DNA of 64,000 nt from an uncultured Thermoplasmata archaeon (GTDB lineage Archaea > Thermoplasmatota > Thermoplasmata > UBA10834): positions 352,001 to 416,000 of the forward strand of contig CAVRDX010000001.1 of NCBI GenBank assembly GCA_963719945.1, given 5' to 3'. Under the pieces are notes generated by a model. That model ran no database searches and was not told the DNA's origin. It was given only the letters and a program-made list of their open reading frames with translations. Position 1 is the stretch's first letter, and each line of letters starts with the position of its first letter. Made by a program: the position numbers and the translations under genes. Below are positions 1 through 9,768 of this stretch, piece after piece.

Positions 1-175
1 TCATCTTTTCGACAACCTTCTTCTCTCTGGGGATATCTCTTATCTTCAGCCCGTCCCTCTTCTTGATGAGGCCGATCTCGTTTGAGACATCCTCTCTCCT
101 GACGATGAGTGACATGATCTCAGAATCTATCCTCTCGATCTCTTTTCTGAGGGATCCGAGTTCATCCTTGCTCAG
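1..175 (-). CDS. Chorismate mutase (AroQ-type) domain protein, N-terminal part; runs off the window edge
   Basis: Manual translation LSKDELGSLRKEIERIDSEIMSLIVRREDVSNEIGLIKKRDGLKIRDIPREKKVVEKM matches the CM type II pattern (LRxxIDxID...R...IGxxK...D..RE). Probable CTG start overlaps the aroC stop (CTGA). Not in the ORF track. Confidence 0.85.
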   Translation of the reverse strand, partial: MSKDELGSLRKEIERIDSEIMSLIVRREDVSNEIGLIKKRDGLKIRDIPREKKVVEKM

Positions 176-1248
176 ATGAATCCCCCCTGAAGCATCAGGT
201 CCAATATCACGGACGCTGCTGAATTCTCCACTACCGGGACCGCTCTCGGCACTATGCACGGGTCGTGTCGTCCCTTCACTTCCAGTTCCACGGGTGTCTT
301 TTTCTGGATGTCCACACTCATCTGGGATGCTGCGATCGAAGATGTCGGTTTGAATGCCACTCTGAATTCTATAGGCATTCCATTCGACAGTCCACCCAGT
401 ATGCCGCCAGCATTGTTCGTCTTGGTCAAGATCTTGCCGTTTCTGACGATGAATGGGTCGTTGTGCTCGCTCCCGGTCATGGACGCAGCCCTGAACCCTG
501 ATCCGAACTCGACACCCTTGACTCCGGGTATGGAGAACATCATCGCGGACATGGAGCTCTCTATTGAATTGAAGAATGGTTCGCCGATCCCGACAGGGAC
601 GCCGCGCACAGTGCACTTGACGATTCCGCCCACGCTGTCCTTGTTCTCATGGGCGCGGACGATTTCATCCATCATCTCCTTGGCGACATTCCTGTCCGCA
701 CACCCGACAGCGTTGGCCCTTGCGACCTTCTCCACAACGCTGGAAGGCAACTCTTTGTCCAACTTCACGCTTCCTATCTGGACAGTCTGCGCGACGATCC
801 CTACTCCCTTCTTCCCGATTACCTGTCTCGCTATCGCACCTGCGATCACGAGGCCCGCCGTCATCCTGCCTGAGAATTGGCCTCCGCCTCTGTGGTCGTG
901 ATGTCCATGGTATTTCACCATAGCTGGGTAATCAGCGTGCCCTGGCCGTGGGACGCGCCTGAATGAATCATAGGCCGATGAATCCTTATCGATGTTTCTG
1001 ACGAGGCCGACTATCGTGGTTCCAGTGGCCTTTCCATCCACGATTCCTGATATGAGTTCGAGCCTGTCTCGCTCCTTCCTGGGCGTGGTATGCACACCCT
1101 TTCCAGGGGATCGTCTGTCCAGCTCCACCTGGATCACGGCTTCTGAGATCTTTGAACCCGGAGGGCATCCCTCTATCTTGGCTCCGACGCAAGGGCCATG
1201 GCTGGACCCGAAGATGCCCACTCTGTATCTCCTTCCGAACTCGTTCAT
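172..1248 (-). CDS. aroC: Chorismate synthase
   Basis: GSSHG, PRPGHADY, RGGGQFSGR, FKPTSSI and GRHDPCIVPRAVPVVE motifs. ATG at 1248 overlaps the aroA stop (ATGA). Confidence 0.97.
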   Translation of the reverse strand: MNEFGRRYRVGIFGSSHGPCVGAKIEGCPPGSKISEAVIQVELDRRSPGKGVHTTPRKERDRLELISGIVDGKATGTTIVGLVRNIDKDSSAYDSFRRVPRPGHADYPAMVKYHGHHDHRGGGQFSGRMTAGLVIAGAIARQVIGKKGVGIVAQTVQIGSVKLDKELPSSVVEKVARANAVGCADRNVAKEMMDEIVRAHENKDSVGGIVKCTVRGVPVGIGEPFFNSIESSMSAMMFSIPGVKGVEFGSGFRAASMTGSEHNDPFIVRNGKILTKTNNAGGILGGLSNGMPIEFRVAFKPTSSIAASQMSVDIQKKTPVELEVKGRHDPCIVPRAVPVVENSAASVILDLMLQGGFI

Positions 1249-2507
1249 CTTCTCACCTCGAGACGACATCCAAGTTGATGCATGTCTCTCAGGAATCCGG
1301 GATAGGATACCTTGTAAGATTCGTCGTCCTCAATCGTCGTCCCTGATGTCGATACCAGAGCTGCAAGTACTGCGGCCATAAGAATCCTGTGGTCTCCATG
1401 AGTCTGGATGCTGGCACCATGGAGTTTCTCCCCTCCAAGTATCTCGCAGCCATCTTCAGTTGGTTTGACCCTTGCGCCCATGTCTCTCAGGAAGTCGGTC
1501 GTGGTCAAAATCCTGTCGCTTTCCTTCTGTTTCAGGTTCCGTCCGCCCTTGAGTACTGTCTTACCATCAGCGATCGCCCCGACAACTGCTAGCACGGGGA
1601 ACAGGTCGGGCGTATCTCTCACGTCTATCTCGATCCCTTCGAGTCTTCCTCCCTGGACACGCGCGGAATCGTTGGATACGGTCACATCGGCGCCGAAACT
1701 CTTCAGGTGGTCCAGGATGGCCTTGTCTCCCTGGGGGGACCTAGCATCCAGATTCTTGACGGTCACATCTCCATCCGTGACTGCTCCAGCTGCGAACAGG
1801 AATGCCGCTGAGGAATAATCTCCAGGGACTGTATAGCTGTCGCGGACCAATCTCTGATTCCCAGGCACATGATACGCGTTCTCGGAGGCATCCACACACG
1901 CCCCGAACTCGCCTAGCATATCAAGCGTGATATCGACATATGGCCTTGAGACGAGGTTTCCTGTGATTTGGATGTCGGTATCGGTCTGCTTCTGCGTGCA
2001 CGCTATGATCAATGATGATATGAATTGGGAACTGACCCCTCCAGATATGGTGGATCTGTCTTTCGTGATCGGCCCTGTCACTGTCAAGGGTGGGTTGCCA
2101 GGCACTCCTTTGTACTCACACCTAGCGCCAAGCTGGGTGAGCGCATCGATGAGTGGTGCCATTGGCCTCTTGATGAGGCTCGCATCTCCTGTGAGTGTTG
2201 TTTTGGTGGGTAGCAACGAAGCAAGACCAGTGATAAGTCTCATGGTCGTTCCAGAGTTCTTCGCATCTATGATGCCGGCCGCTTGCGACAGTGTGTCACA
2301 TATGATGTTTACATCTGCTTGAGTCCCTGTGACGGATGCCCCCAGCAAGTGCAAAGCATCCAGTGTCGCTCGCGTGTCCTCCGAGATGAGTGGATGCTTC
2401 AATGTGAATGTGGAATGGGTGAGCGCACCGAGTACCATCGCTCTGTGCGTGTATGATTTTGACGGTGGCGCCAGCGCGGTGCCTCTGGCGGTGGACGATT
2501 TGATCAC
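1245..2507 (-). CDS. aroA: 3-phosphoshikimate 1-carboxyvinyltransferase (EPSP synthase)
   Basis: PPSKSYTHRA, NSGTTMR, SSQFISS, KESDRI and DHRILM motifs. Confidence 0.97.
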   Translation of the reverse strand: MIKSSTARGTALAPPSKSYTHRAMVLGALTHSTFTLKHPLISEDTRATLDALHLLGASVTGTQADVNIICDTLSQAAGIIDAKNSGTTMRLITGLASLLPTKTTLTGDASLIKRPMAPLIDALTQLGARCEYKGVPGNPPLTVTGPITKDRSTISGGVSSQFISSLIIACTQKQTDTDIQITGNLVSRPYVDITLDMLGEFGACVDASENAYHVPGNQRLVRDSYTVPGDYSSAAFLFAAGAVTDGDVTVKNLDARSPQGDKAILDHLKSFGADVTVSNDSARVQGGRLEGIEIDVRDTPDLFPVLAVVGAIADGKTVLKGGRNLKQKESDRILTTTDFLRDMGARVKPTEDGCEILGGEKLHGASIQTHGDHRILMAAVLAALVSTSGTTIEDDESYKVSYPGFLRDMHQLGCRLEVRR

Positions 2508-3370
2508 GATTGCCGTGGAACCACCTCCCTCGCTGGGATATCGTTGAGTTCGGCTGAGATGATTGTTCCTTCGAACGATCCCAGAATTTCCTTGATGCGA
2601 TCTCTATCCGCATGACGTACGAGCACGGCGGTGGCCGGTCCGGTTCCTGAAATTCCAGCGGCTACGGCGCCAGCCCCCCTGGCCGCCTCTGCGACTTCCT
2701 CCGATACATCGAGGACTTTCGAGCAGGCCTTTGAATTCAGCTCCATCGCTCTGGCGTAGTCTCCCTTGAGTGCGCTTCCGATGGCTTCCTCTACCTGGGA
2801 TTTGACAGGGCTGAAGTCCATGTTCTTGACATCCTCTTTTCGGATTCTCCTCTCTGGGACATGCAGCAGCACTGTGATAGGATCCTGGACATACCATCTC
2901 TTCAATATCCGCCTCGCCTTATTGTCCGTTATCACTGCGCCTCCATGGAAACATGCGGACGCGTCGTCGAACGCGCCAGTTACCGTCACACCCGCTTTTA
3001 TGGATTCATCGATGGCCAGGCCGACGAGGTCGTCATCGTACAGATTGACGTTCAGCGCCCTTGATGCTGCGAGAACGATTGCGTTCGATGCTGCGCTGCT
3101 GCTTTTCAGTCCTCTTGAGATCGGTATGTCTGATCGTATGATTACGGCACCACCTATATCGCGCATACCTGCGCGTTGACCGACACATTGGATGCATCCT
3201 CTGACGAGGTCGGTTCCCTCATCGGCTCCTTCGAGTCGAATCGATCTATCCCCTTGAGACAATCTCACCTCTGCATCTATCTGCAGCGAGATGCCGATCG
3301 CCGAGCCGATCCCTGTTGGAATGGCATTGACTATCGTCACAGCCCCCCTGCAGGACGCCCTCCCGATCAT
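2504..3370 (-). CDS. aroK: Archaeal shikimate kinase (GHMP family)
   Basis: GAVTIVNAIPTG, PISRGLKSSSA, TGAFDDASA, SGTGPA. ATG at 3370 overlaps the upstream stop. Confidence 0.95.
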   Translation of the reverse strand: MIGRASCRGAVTIVNAIPTGIGSAIGISLQIDAEVRLSQGDRSIRLEGADEGTDLVRGCIQCVGQRAGMRDIGGAVIIRSDIPISRGLKSSSAASNAIVLAASRALNVNLYDDDLVGLAIDESIKAGVTVTGAFDDASACFHGGAVITDNKARRILKRWYVQDPITVLLHVPERRIRKEDVKNMDFSPVKSQVEEAIGSALKGDYARAMELNSKACSKVLDVSEEVAEAARGAGAVAAGISGTGPATAVLVRHADRDRIKEILGSFEGTIISAELNDIPAREVVPRQS

Positions 3371-4854
3371 CGTAATGCCTCCTTTGCAGCCCTGGACATG
3401 GCCTTTATGTCCGGCTCTCTGGAGGTCCATATTCTGAATGATTGTGCACCTTGATGGACCAGCATGTCGAGTCCGTTGACTGCCTTTGCCTCCCTAGACA
3501 TGGCAATCTTCATGGACTTCGTGATGGGCGGATTGTACACTAGATCGAAGAGTATGGTCCCCTTATTGAATACTCGCGCGGGAATGGGTATCTTCCCTCT
3601 AGAGCTAGTCGCCCCCATGGGAGTGCAGTTCACCACTATGTCGTATGAATGACCTCTTCCTTCGAGGGGTAGAGATATTGCGTCACCTTCGACCATGACG
3701 GCGACCTCTTTGGCTTTCTTTAGGTTCCGTGCAGCAACGGTGACATCCGCCCCGAGATGGGAGAGCACATAGGCCGCCGATCTTGCGGCTCCCCCCGCGC
3801 CTACGATGAGTGCGGATGTATCGGGTGAGATGCGTATTTTTCCTTCAATCATCCGAGTTAATCCTATTACATCGGTGTTTTCTCCGTAAATTCTTGAACC
3901 CTCGAATCTCACCGTGTTTACCGCCCTTGTCGCGAGGGCTGAAGGCCCCAATCTATCACATAGCGAGTGCACCGTCTTCTTGTGCGGTATGGTCACATTG
4001 AGACCTTTGAAGCCGAGGTCCCTGATGCGCTCGAGAGTCTCTCGATCGAGGTTCTTCGGAGGGATATCTAGCCGAAGGTATGCTCCCGTCAACCCCGATC
4101 TCGCAAGAGCAGCTTCCTGCATCGGTTGGGACACCGAATGGGAAACAGGGTGTCCTATCAATCCAAGGACTATCTTATCCCGTTTGTACAGGCTCAACTG
4201 AGTTCTCAGATCCAATTGACCCGGTGCTGCAGGCTTGCCTGGCATGCAGCAATAAACCATTGATGAGCCCATCTGACGGACGCACACTCGTGTCAACTGT
4301 CCTTGCTCCCCCATGCCTATTAACGTGAATCGTTCGCCATCCATGGAGAACTTCATGGATATGGTTGAGAGCATCAATGCCTGACCCGCATCCTCACACG
4401 GCATGGCGACCTTGCCAATATCCCCCGCTTTGCATGCCCTTCTGAGCCTTGTCTCTATCTCCCTAGCCTTCACGGGTTTGGTGAAGTGACTCGATGCGAT
4501 GATCTCCGGCCTGGTCCGTGCCTTCTTCATCTCCTTGAGAAGATCTGCATCTGGTTCCAGCTCCAGGTCGACGTATTCAAACCCTGCCTCAAAAACCGCT
4601 CTCAGCGCCTTTCTTCTGGCAGCTTTCGTCAACCGGGACGCCCCTCCTTCCCTATATGATCTCAAGGTTGCGATAGCGGGTCCCTTGACCGCCCTCCTGA
4701 TCCTTGCCAGAAAAGCAGCGTCGACTCGGTCGATTTCCATCAAGTCCAATCTGATCTCAACAAGGTCTGCGCCAAGGCTGAATGCCTTCTTTGACGAGCT
4801 CGAAACTCCGGAGATGCTTCTCTCTACGATAGAAGCGACAATGAATGTCATCAC
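3367..4854 (-). CDS. aroDE: Bifunctional type I 3-dehydroquinate dehydratase / shikimate dehydrogenase
   Basis: N-terminal ADLVEIRLD...APGQL (DHQase I). C-terminal GHPVSHSVS, NVTIPHK, NTD, GAGGAAR and DLVYNP (SDH). Confidence 0.93.
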   Translation of the reverse strand: MMTFIVASIVERSISGVSSSSKKAFSLGADLVEIRLDLMEIDRVDAAFLARIRRAVKGPAIATLRSYREGGASRLTKAARRKALRAVFEAGFEYVDLELEPDADLLKEMKKARTRPEIIASSHFTKPVKAREIETRLRRACKAGDIGKVAMPCEDAGQALMLSTISMKFSMDGERFTLIGMGEQGQLTRVCVRQMGSSMVYCCMPGKPAAPGQLDLRTQLSLYKRDKIVLGLIGHPVSHSVSQPMQEAALARSGLTGAYLRLDIPPKNLDRETLERIRDLGFKGLNVTIPHKKTVHSLCDRLGPSALATRAVNTVRFEGSRIYGENTDVIGLTRMIEGKIRISPDTSALIVGAGGAARSAAYVLSHLGADVTVAARNLKKAKEVAVMVEGDAISLPLEGRGHSYDIVVNCTPMGATSSRGKIPIPARVFNKGTILFDLVYNPPITKSMKIAMSREAKAVNGLDMLVHQGAQSFRIWTSREPDIKAMSRAAKEALR

Positions 4855-5886
4855 TCACTTCTCCCGGATTGTCTCCTCGATGCGCATGCCGAAGTGCCTT
4901 CCGCCACGCTCGAGTCTCAATAGTATGGAGTCACCCAGCTTCAGGTTTGATACGGATACGACCTTCCCCTTTGAGAAGACGCGGATCGTCTCTGCATTCT
5001 GGACGATGGTCGAATGTCGTTCCCCGTCCACCTCAGCCTCGATCAGCAGGAGCGGCCGTCTCTCGACTTTCGTTCGGCCCACGACGACCTTTCTGGTATG
5101 TCCATCTGCGCCTACAACCAACGCCTCGTCTCCGCCTCTCAGTTCTGAGAGATATTTCGTAGTGCCATCTGGCATCAGTATGTATGCATGCACGGGCCCA
5201 GCGTTCACCCTGAACGGCCTCGATGCTGCGTACTCGGATTCGAGCGATTCGGAATGGATCAGGAACAAGGATGACGAGGTATTGCCGATGAGCATCCCTT
5301 CACCGATACCCATCATCGAACAGGTGTCTATGCATACCCTGTCCCCGAGACCCAATTGCCTGAGAACGGTTATCTTCCCCTCTCGCAGGGCGAGTTTGGG
5401 TGCACCCTCATCCAGCAATTTTCGGAGCTTGGCAAGCTCATCCAATTTCTCTGGGACGAACAAGACTCCATCGGCCCCTCTCTCCATGGTCTCAAAGAAG
5501 AGTCTGGCCTCCTCGGCAGTCCTTGCGAGCATTATCAACCTCGCTCCAGTGCCCTGAAAGTGGACGATCAGGTTCTCGAGTGGAATGATCTTCCAATCCT
5601 TCGCCGATATCACGATGTTCTGTATCTTCTCGGCCGCCTTCTTGGCGGACAGCTCGTCCGATTTCTTAACGATATCAACTAGTTGGCCGATCTTTTCACC
5701 GTTCTCGATGAAGTCTCTGCCATCAAGTGTGATTTCTCTGAACCTTCCAAGGCTGACGAGCTTCTGGTCTTTCTTCTCAAGGACAACAGTATCGAATCCG
5801 TTCTCCAGAGCTGCTAACACAATCCTCTTACTAGTATCACTATTGGGCTGGTGGATAGCCCCGATCCACACCTGACGGTTGATCAG
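4855..5886 (-). CDS. aroB': 3-dehydroquinate synthase II (archaeal alternative pathway)
   Basis: DWKIIPLENL, GDRVCIDTCS, RPFRVNAGPVHAY, QNAETIR and RHFG motifs. Probable CTG start at 5886 after a GGTGA SD. Confidence 0.93.
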   Translation of the reverse strand: MINRQVWIGAIHQPNSDTSKRIVLAALENGFDTVVLEKKDQKLVSLGRFREITLDGRDFIENGEKIGQLVDIVKKSDELSAKKAAEKIQNIVISAKDWKIIPLENLIVHFQGTGARLIMLARTAEEARLFFETMERGADGVLFVPEKLDELAKLRKLLDEGAPKLALREGKITVLRQLGLGDRVCIDTCSMMGIGEGMLIGNTSSSLFLIHSESLESEYAASRPFRVNAGPVHAYILMPDGTTKYLSELRGGDEALVVGADGHTRKVVVGRTKVERRPLLLIEAEVDGERHSTIVQNAETIRVFSKGKVVSVSNLKLGDSILLRLERGGRHFGMRIEETIREK

Positions 5887-5890
5887 AGGC

Positions 5891-6676
5891 TCACCGCCTA
5901 TAAGCATCCTTAGGGGACATGCCCTCGAAAACAACACGTCCCATGGCTCTTGTGATGCCTGTGACGTCATCGTGCTGGAAGACGTTCCTTCCTATCGATA
6001 CACCCTTCCCTCCAGCCTGAATCGAATCGTGGACCATCTGGAGCAGAGCTTCGTCGGAATCCATCTTCGGTCCGCCTGCGATGACGACCGGTATCGGCGT
6101 TCCTCTGACGACTTCCTTGAAAGTATCTATCGATCCCGTGTAGCTCGTCTTGACGATGTCGGCACCCAGCTCAGCTGACATTCTGGCACACTGCTTGATC
6201 GCGTCCACATCGAACGCGCTCTTGACGTTCTTGCCTCGTGGGTAGCACATCGCGAGCAATGGCATGCCTAGCTCGCGACATCTATCGGCAACTGTTCCGA
6301 AATCTGCAACCATCTTGTCTTCGTTGTCGCCACCGACGTTGCAGTGTATTGAGACCGCATCAGCACCGATGTTTGCAGCTGCATCCGCGCTCGCGACCAG
6401 GACTTTGAAATTCGGGTCCGGGGAGAGTGATGTGCTGGCTGATATGTGGACAATCAATCCAAGTTTGGCGCCGACCGACGGTCCGAGAAACGGAACAAGG
6501 CCCTTGTGTACGACTATCGCGGAGGCTCCGCCTTCCGCGAGCTTGTCAACAGTGGACCCGATATTCTCTATTCCCTTCACTGGACCTAGGGATATCCCGT
6601 GGTCCATGGGAACTATGACGGTCCTTCCACTCGCGTGGTCGAAGATCCGTCTCAGTCTTATTGCCTTGCCCGTCAT
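5891..6676 (-). CDS. aroA': 2-amino-3,7-dideoxy-D-threo-hept-6-ulosonate synthase (DhnA-type class I aldolase)
   Basis: GKAIRLRRI, PMDHGISLGP, ELGADIVKTSYTG, GRNVFQH. Lies directly upstream of aroB'. Confidence 0.92.
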   Translation of the reverse strand: MTGKAIRLRRIFDHASGRTVIVPMDHGISLGPVKGIENIGSTVDKLAEGGASAIVVHKGLVPFLGPSVGAKLGLIVHISASTSLSPDPNFKVLVASADAAANIGADAVSIHCNVGGDNEDKMVADFGTVADRCRELGMPLLAMCYPRGKNVKSAFDVDAIKQCARMSAELGADIVKTSYTGSIDTFKEVVRGTPIPVVIAGGPKMDSDEALLQMVHDSIQAGGKGVSIGRNVFQHDDVTGITRAMGRVVFEGMSPKDAYRR

Positions 6677-6773
6677 TTTTCTCACCGATTCTTGCGTGCT
6701 ATTCCTTGTCACTGCCGGCTTCCATGTTACTGGACCTATATGACCCTTGCTACTCTTTAGCAGTCCGAAGGCG

Positions 6774-6798
6774 TACATTATGTCGCAATATTAATGTA
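6774..6798. promoter_or_regulatory. Candidate operator TACATTA-N11-TAATGTA in the divergent aro/ACT-regulator promoter
   Basis: Perfect 7-bp inverted repeat in an AT-rich intergenic region. Confidence 0.35.
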
Positions 6799-6827
6799 TT
6801 ATTGTACACATGTAGTCATCGATTGGT

Positions 6828-7328
6828 ATGTGGGACAAGATAGCAAACTACTTCGAGAAATTCCCTTCGCAGGCGAAGGTTGCTAGGTATCTTTTGAAGT
6901 ACGGTTTGAGGATTGACAGGGACCATGTCTACTGCGGTGAAGTGCAGATCGCAGATTCATCCCTTGCAAGGGCCGCAGGTGTGGACAGGCGTGTTGTGAA
7001 GTCGACGATCGAGACCATAAAGGCTGACCCAACACTGCTGAAGTTCTTTTCACAGCTGCAGCCTACGAACCATCTGAAGAATGCGGCGTCCGCGATGGGC
7101 TGGAGCGCGATCGAGATCGTGCCAACGGATGCTCACGAGCCTGGGATCATTTCGTCGGTCGCTGAGATTCTGGCGAGGTCCCAGATAAGCATCCGACAGG
7201 CGATCGTGGACGATCCGATGACTTCAGAGGAACCCAAACTGTTCATCGTGACCGAGAGTCAGGTACCCTCTGAACTGATACCATTGATCCGTCAGGCGCG
7301 CGGGGTCAAGGGCGTAACGATCTACTGA
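6828..7328 (+). CDS. ACT-domain regulator of amino-acid metabolism (COG2150-like)
   Basis: FPSQAKVA..L..GL, HTH-like LARAAGVDRRVV, and C-terminal ACT-like PGIISSV...ISIRQAIVDDP. Confidence 0.8.
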   Translation: MWDKIANYFEKFPSQAKVARYLLKYGLRIDRDHVYCGEVQIADSSLARAAGVDRRVVKSTIETIKADPTLLKFFSQLQPTNHLKNAASAMGWSAIEIVPTDAHEPGIISSVAEILARSQISIRQAIVDDPMTSEEPKLFIVTESQVPSELIPLIRQARGVKGVTIY

Positions 7329-7360
7329 TCTGGATGCTACAACTGAGGGGAGGGAGACAT

Positions 7361-8290
7361 GTGCGTTCCTCGGGCGAGTTCTCGAAGGCATACCTCGCCA
7401 TTGGTGTGGCGATGGTCTCCATCTCTTTCGCCTCCATTCTCATCAAATGGAGCGAGAGCCCTCCGTTCGTAATCGCATATTATCGGCTAGGGTTCACGTG
7501 CCTCATTCTGCTTCCGTTTCTGATCTGGTACGGAGGATTATCCGAGATACGTAGTTTCTCCCGTCGGGATTGGCTACTGGTTATCCTGAGTGGCGTTGCT
7601 CTATCATTCCATTTTGGCCTATGGATAGTATCGTTGAGCCTAACTCTCGTATCCACATCTGTTATACTGGTGACTTCGCATCCGATCTTCGTCGCTGCCA
7701 TATCCCATTTCCTGATGAACGAGAAGGTGAAGAAGGTCGCAGCAATCGGCATAGTCGTGGCGTTCTCCGGGGTCGTAACTATCTCCCTAAGTGATTACTC
7801 AGAAGGCGGAAACAATCTGATTGGGGACCTCTTGGCCTTCCTGGGTGGCATATGTGCTGGGATATACTTCCTCTCCGGACGGGTCGCGAGGCAGAGAATT
7901 TCCGTTCTTCCCTACGCATTCACAGTCTATGGATTGTCTGCCGCGATCCTGATGGGTTCTGCAGCCATCGTCGGCGACGGACTAATAGTGACCGAGGACC
8001 GAGAAATCATTCTATTTCTGCTCATGGCCATAGTGCCGACGATATTCGGCCACACGATGTTCAACTACGCCCTCAAAAAGGTCCCAGCTCACATAATCTC
8101 CACGAGCGTACTGGGAGAACCAGTAGGGGCTTCCATCCTCGCATATCTCCTGCTCCCGGGAGAAATCCCTGGAATACTCATAATCGCAGGTGGCTGTCTC
8201 GTGGTTCTCGGACTCTACATTGTCCTGGCCGGTCGTGATAAGGGCGAACCTAGGCTATCAGAAACACCTCCTCAATCAGAGATGCTGTGA
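7361..8290 (+). CDS. EamA/DMT family transporter
   Basis: About 10 hydrophobic segments in two EamA repeats (HFGLW..SL; LGEPVGAS). GTG start after GGAGG. Confidence 0.88.
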   Translation: MRSSGEFSKAYLAIGVAMVSISFASILIKWSESPPFVIAYYRLGFTCLILLPFLIWYGGLSEIRSFSRRDWLLVILSGVALSFHFGLWIVSLSLTLVSTSVILVTSHPIFVAAISHFLMNEKVKKVAAIGIVVAFSGVVTISLSDYSEGGNNLIGDLLAFLGGICAGIYFLSGRVARQRISVLPYAFTVYGLSAAILMGSAAIVGDGLIVTEDREIILFLLMAIVPTIFGHTMFNYALKKVPAHIISTSVLGEPVGASILAYLLLPGEIPGILIIAGGCLVVLGLYIVLAGRDKGEPRLSETPPQSEML

Positions 8291-8314
8291 TATTCATCGG
8301 GCGAATACAAGATA

Positions 8315-8599
8315 CTACTTGACTTTGCATTCCGGTCTCGATTTGACATCGGCCATTATCGTCTTGAGTGTGACCACATCGCCGACCTTGCTCACGAAAT
8401 CTATTGGCAGACAGATCTTGACGCTTCCAAGGAATGGCTTCTTGAATGCAAGTTCCCTGGCGGCATCGTCCGTGAGTTCTATATTCAGATGTGTGACCTT
8501 CCAATTATTCGTATCCACATTCGTTCCATCGATCTGACCCAATACGAAAGCATCCGATGTCACGACTTCCAAACCCACCAGTTTCACTGCTGTTACCAT
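8315..8599 (-). CDS. PRC-barrel domain protein
   Basis: LVGLEVVTSDAFVLGQIDG..VD...WKV...VSKVGDVVTL pattern. Confidence 0.75.
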   Translation of the reverse strand: MVTAVKLVGLEVVTSDAFVLGQIDGTNVDTNNWKVTHLNIELTDDAARELAFKKPFLGSVKICLPIDFVSKVGDVVTLKTIMADVKSRPECKVK

Positions 8600-8895
8600 A
8601 TCCTCCACCTGTTCTACGAAACCACCTTCGCCCGTATGTAGATTGTCCCATTGTCTTCAAGAAGCGTGCGATTCATTGAAAATCATGATTTTTCGGTCGG
8701 GAACAAGTCTTATGCTGCAATCATGACAGCGATACGCTCCAAATGTGCTACTTGCTAATTGGCCAGGTACTCAATGATAGTGTGCGCTATTGAGCGTTTT
8801 TCTCCACGGTTGACCTCAATTTACGATTGTACTGGATATATGTACCGTACCTTTCAAGCGGAAGGTCTATTAGGCTGCAAATCAACACTGTTATT

Positions 8896-9501
8896 ATGAA
8901 CCCAAACCTGGATGATGTCGATAGGAAGATCCTGCGGGAGCTGCAAAAGGATGGTCGAGCATCTTTCAGGGACATCTCTTCTCGCATAGGTGTCAGCACT
9001 CCCACGGTGAGCGCGAGAGTACAAGCTATGACTGACATGGGTCTGATAAAAGGGTATTCGACACTTCTCGATGCGGACATGCTGGGACAGGTGTCCGTGA
9101 TGCTGACGATCAATGCGAAGCCATCCCACCTCGAGGATATCTATGAGCGACTCATGGAAGATGAGATGGTCAGACAGATCTTCATTCTCTCTGACTCAAG
9201 ATTGTTGTGCATGCTGTCCTTCTACAATCAGGTGAAGTATAAGCTGTTCATCGAAACAATATCCAAGATACCTGAGATTCTCTCGATGGATGCATCGATG
9301 ATACTGAAGGCTCCAAAGGAGAATCAGAGAGCCGCGCTCACCGACGAGGCTGGATTGCTCATCCGATGTTATTATTGCGGGCATATGATACATGACGAGG
9401 GTGTTAAGATCAAAATGGATGGGAAGTATCACTATCTCTGCTGCAGCGTATGCTCCAAACTCTACAAGGAGAAATACGAAAAGTTGAGGAAATCAGCTTA
9501 A
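8896..9501 (+). CDS. Lrp/AsnC-type HTH regulator with C-terminal TRASH metal-binding domain (CopR/CopT-like)
   Basis: LDDVDRKILRELQKDGRASFRDI HTH and C-terminal CYYCG...YHYLCCSVC. Confidence 0.85.
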   Translation: MNPNLDDVDRKILRELQKDGRASFRDISSRIGVSTPTVSARVQAMTDMGLIKGYSTLLDADMLGQVSVMLTINAKPSHLEDIYERLMEDEMVRQIFILSDSRLLCMLSFYNQVKYKLFIETISKIPEILSMDASMILKAPKENQRAALTDEAGLLIRCYYCGHMIHDEGVKIKMDGKYHYLCCSVCSKLYKEKYEKLRKSA

Positions 9502-9546
9502 TGTGGATTATCCTCAGTCTCTGAGATTATTTTCAATTGTTCATGA

Positions 9547-9687
9547 TCAGGCGTATTTCTCAGGATTCTTATCAAACGCCTTCTTGCATCCAGGTGCGCA
9601 GAAGAAGAAATCCTTTCCATTGTAAGTCGATTTCCATTTGGCGGTCTTAGGGTCCACTTCCATCTTGCATATCGGGTCTATTGCCAT
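9547..9687 (-). CDS. Small YHS/TRASH domain protein (46 aa), putative metallochaperone
   Basis: Manual translation MAIDPICKMEVDPKTAKWKSTYNGKDFFFCAPGCKKAFDKNPEKYA, with a GAGGAG SD. Below the ORF-track length cutoff. Confidence 0.9.
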   Translation of the reverse strand: MAIDPICKMEVDPKTAKWKSTYNGKDFFFCAPGCKKAFDKNPEKYA

Positions 9688-9713
9688 TTCCATCTCCTCA
9701 CGATCGTAATTGG

Positions 9714-9768
9714 GGAGCGGAGCCAGGTTCTCAGTTGCGGGGCATAGAGTGGGGTCTAGCTCCGCTCC
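9714..9768 (-). other. GC-rich hairpin upstream of the YHS gene
   Basis: Minus-strand GGAGCGGAGCUAG / CUGGCUCCGCUCC, a 13-bp stem with one GU pair. Confidence 0.5.

Noticed and set aside
4499-5557. 352-aa plus-strand ORF (and similar long antisense ORFs elsewhere)
   Set aside because: Ser-rich shadow frame of the clearly identified minus-strand aro genes
6699-6725. uORF MEAGSDKE in the aro leader as an attenuator peptide
   Set aside because: No aromatic codons and no obvious terminator/antiterminator pair
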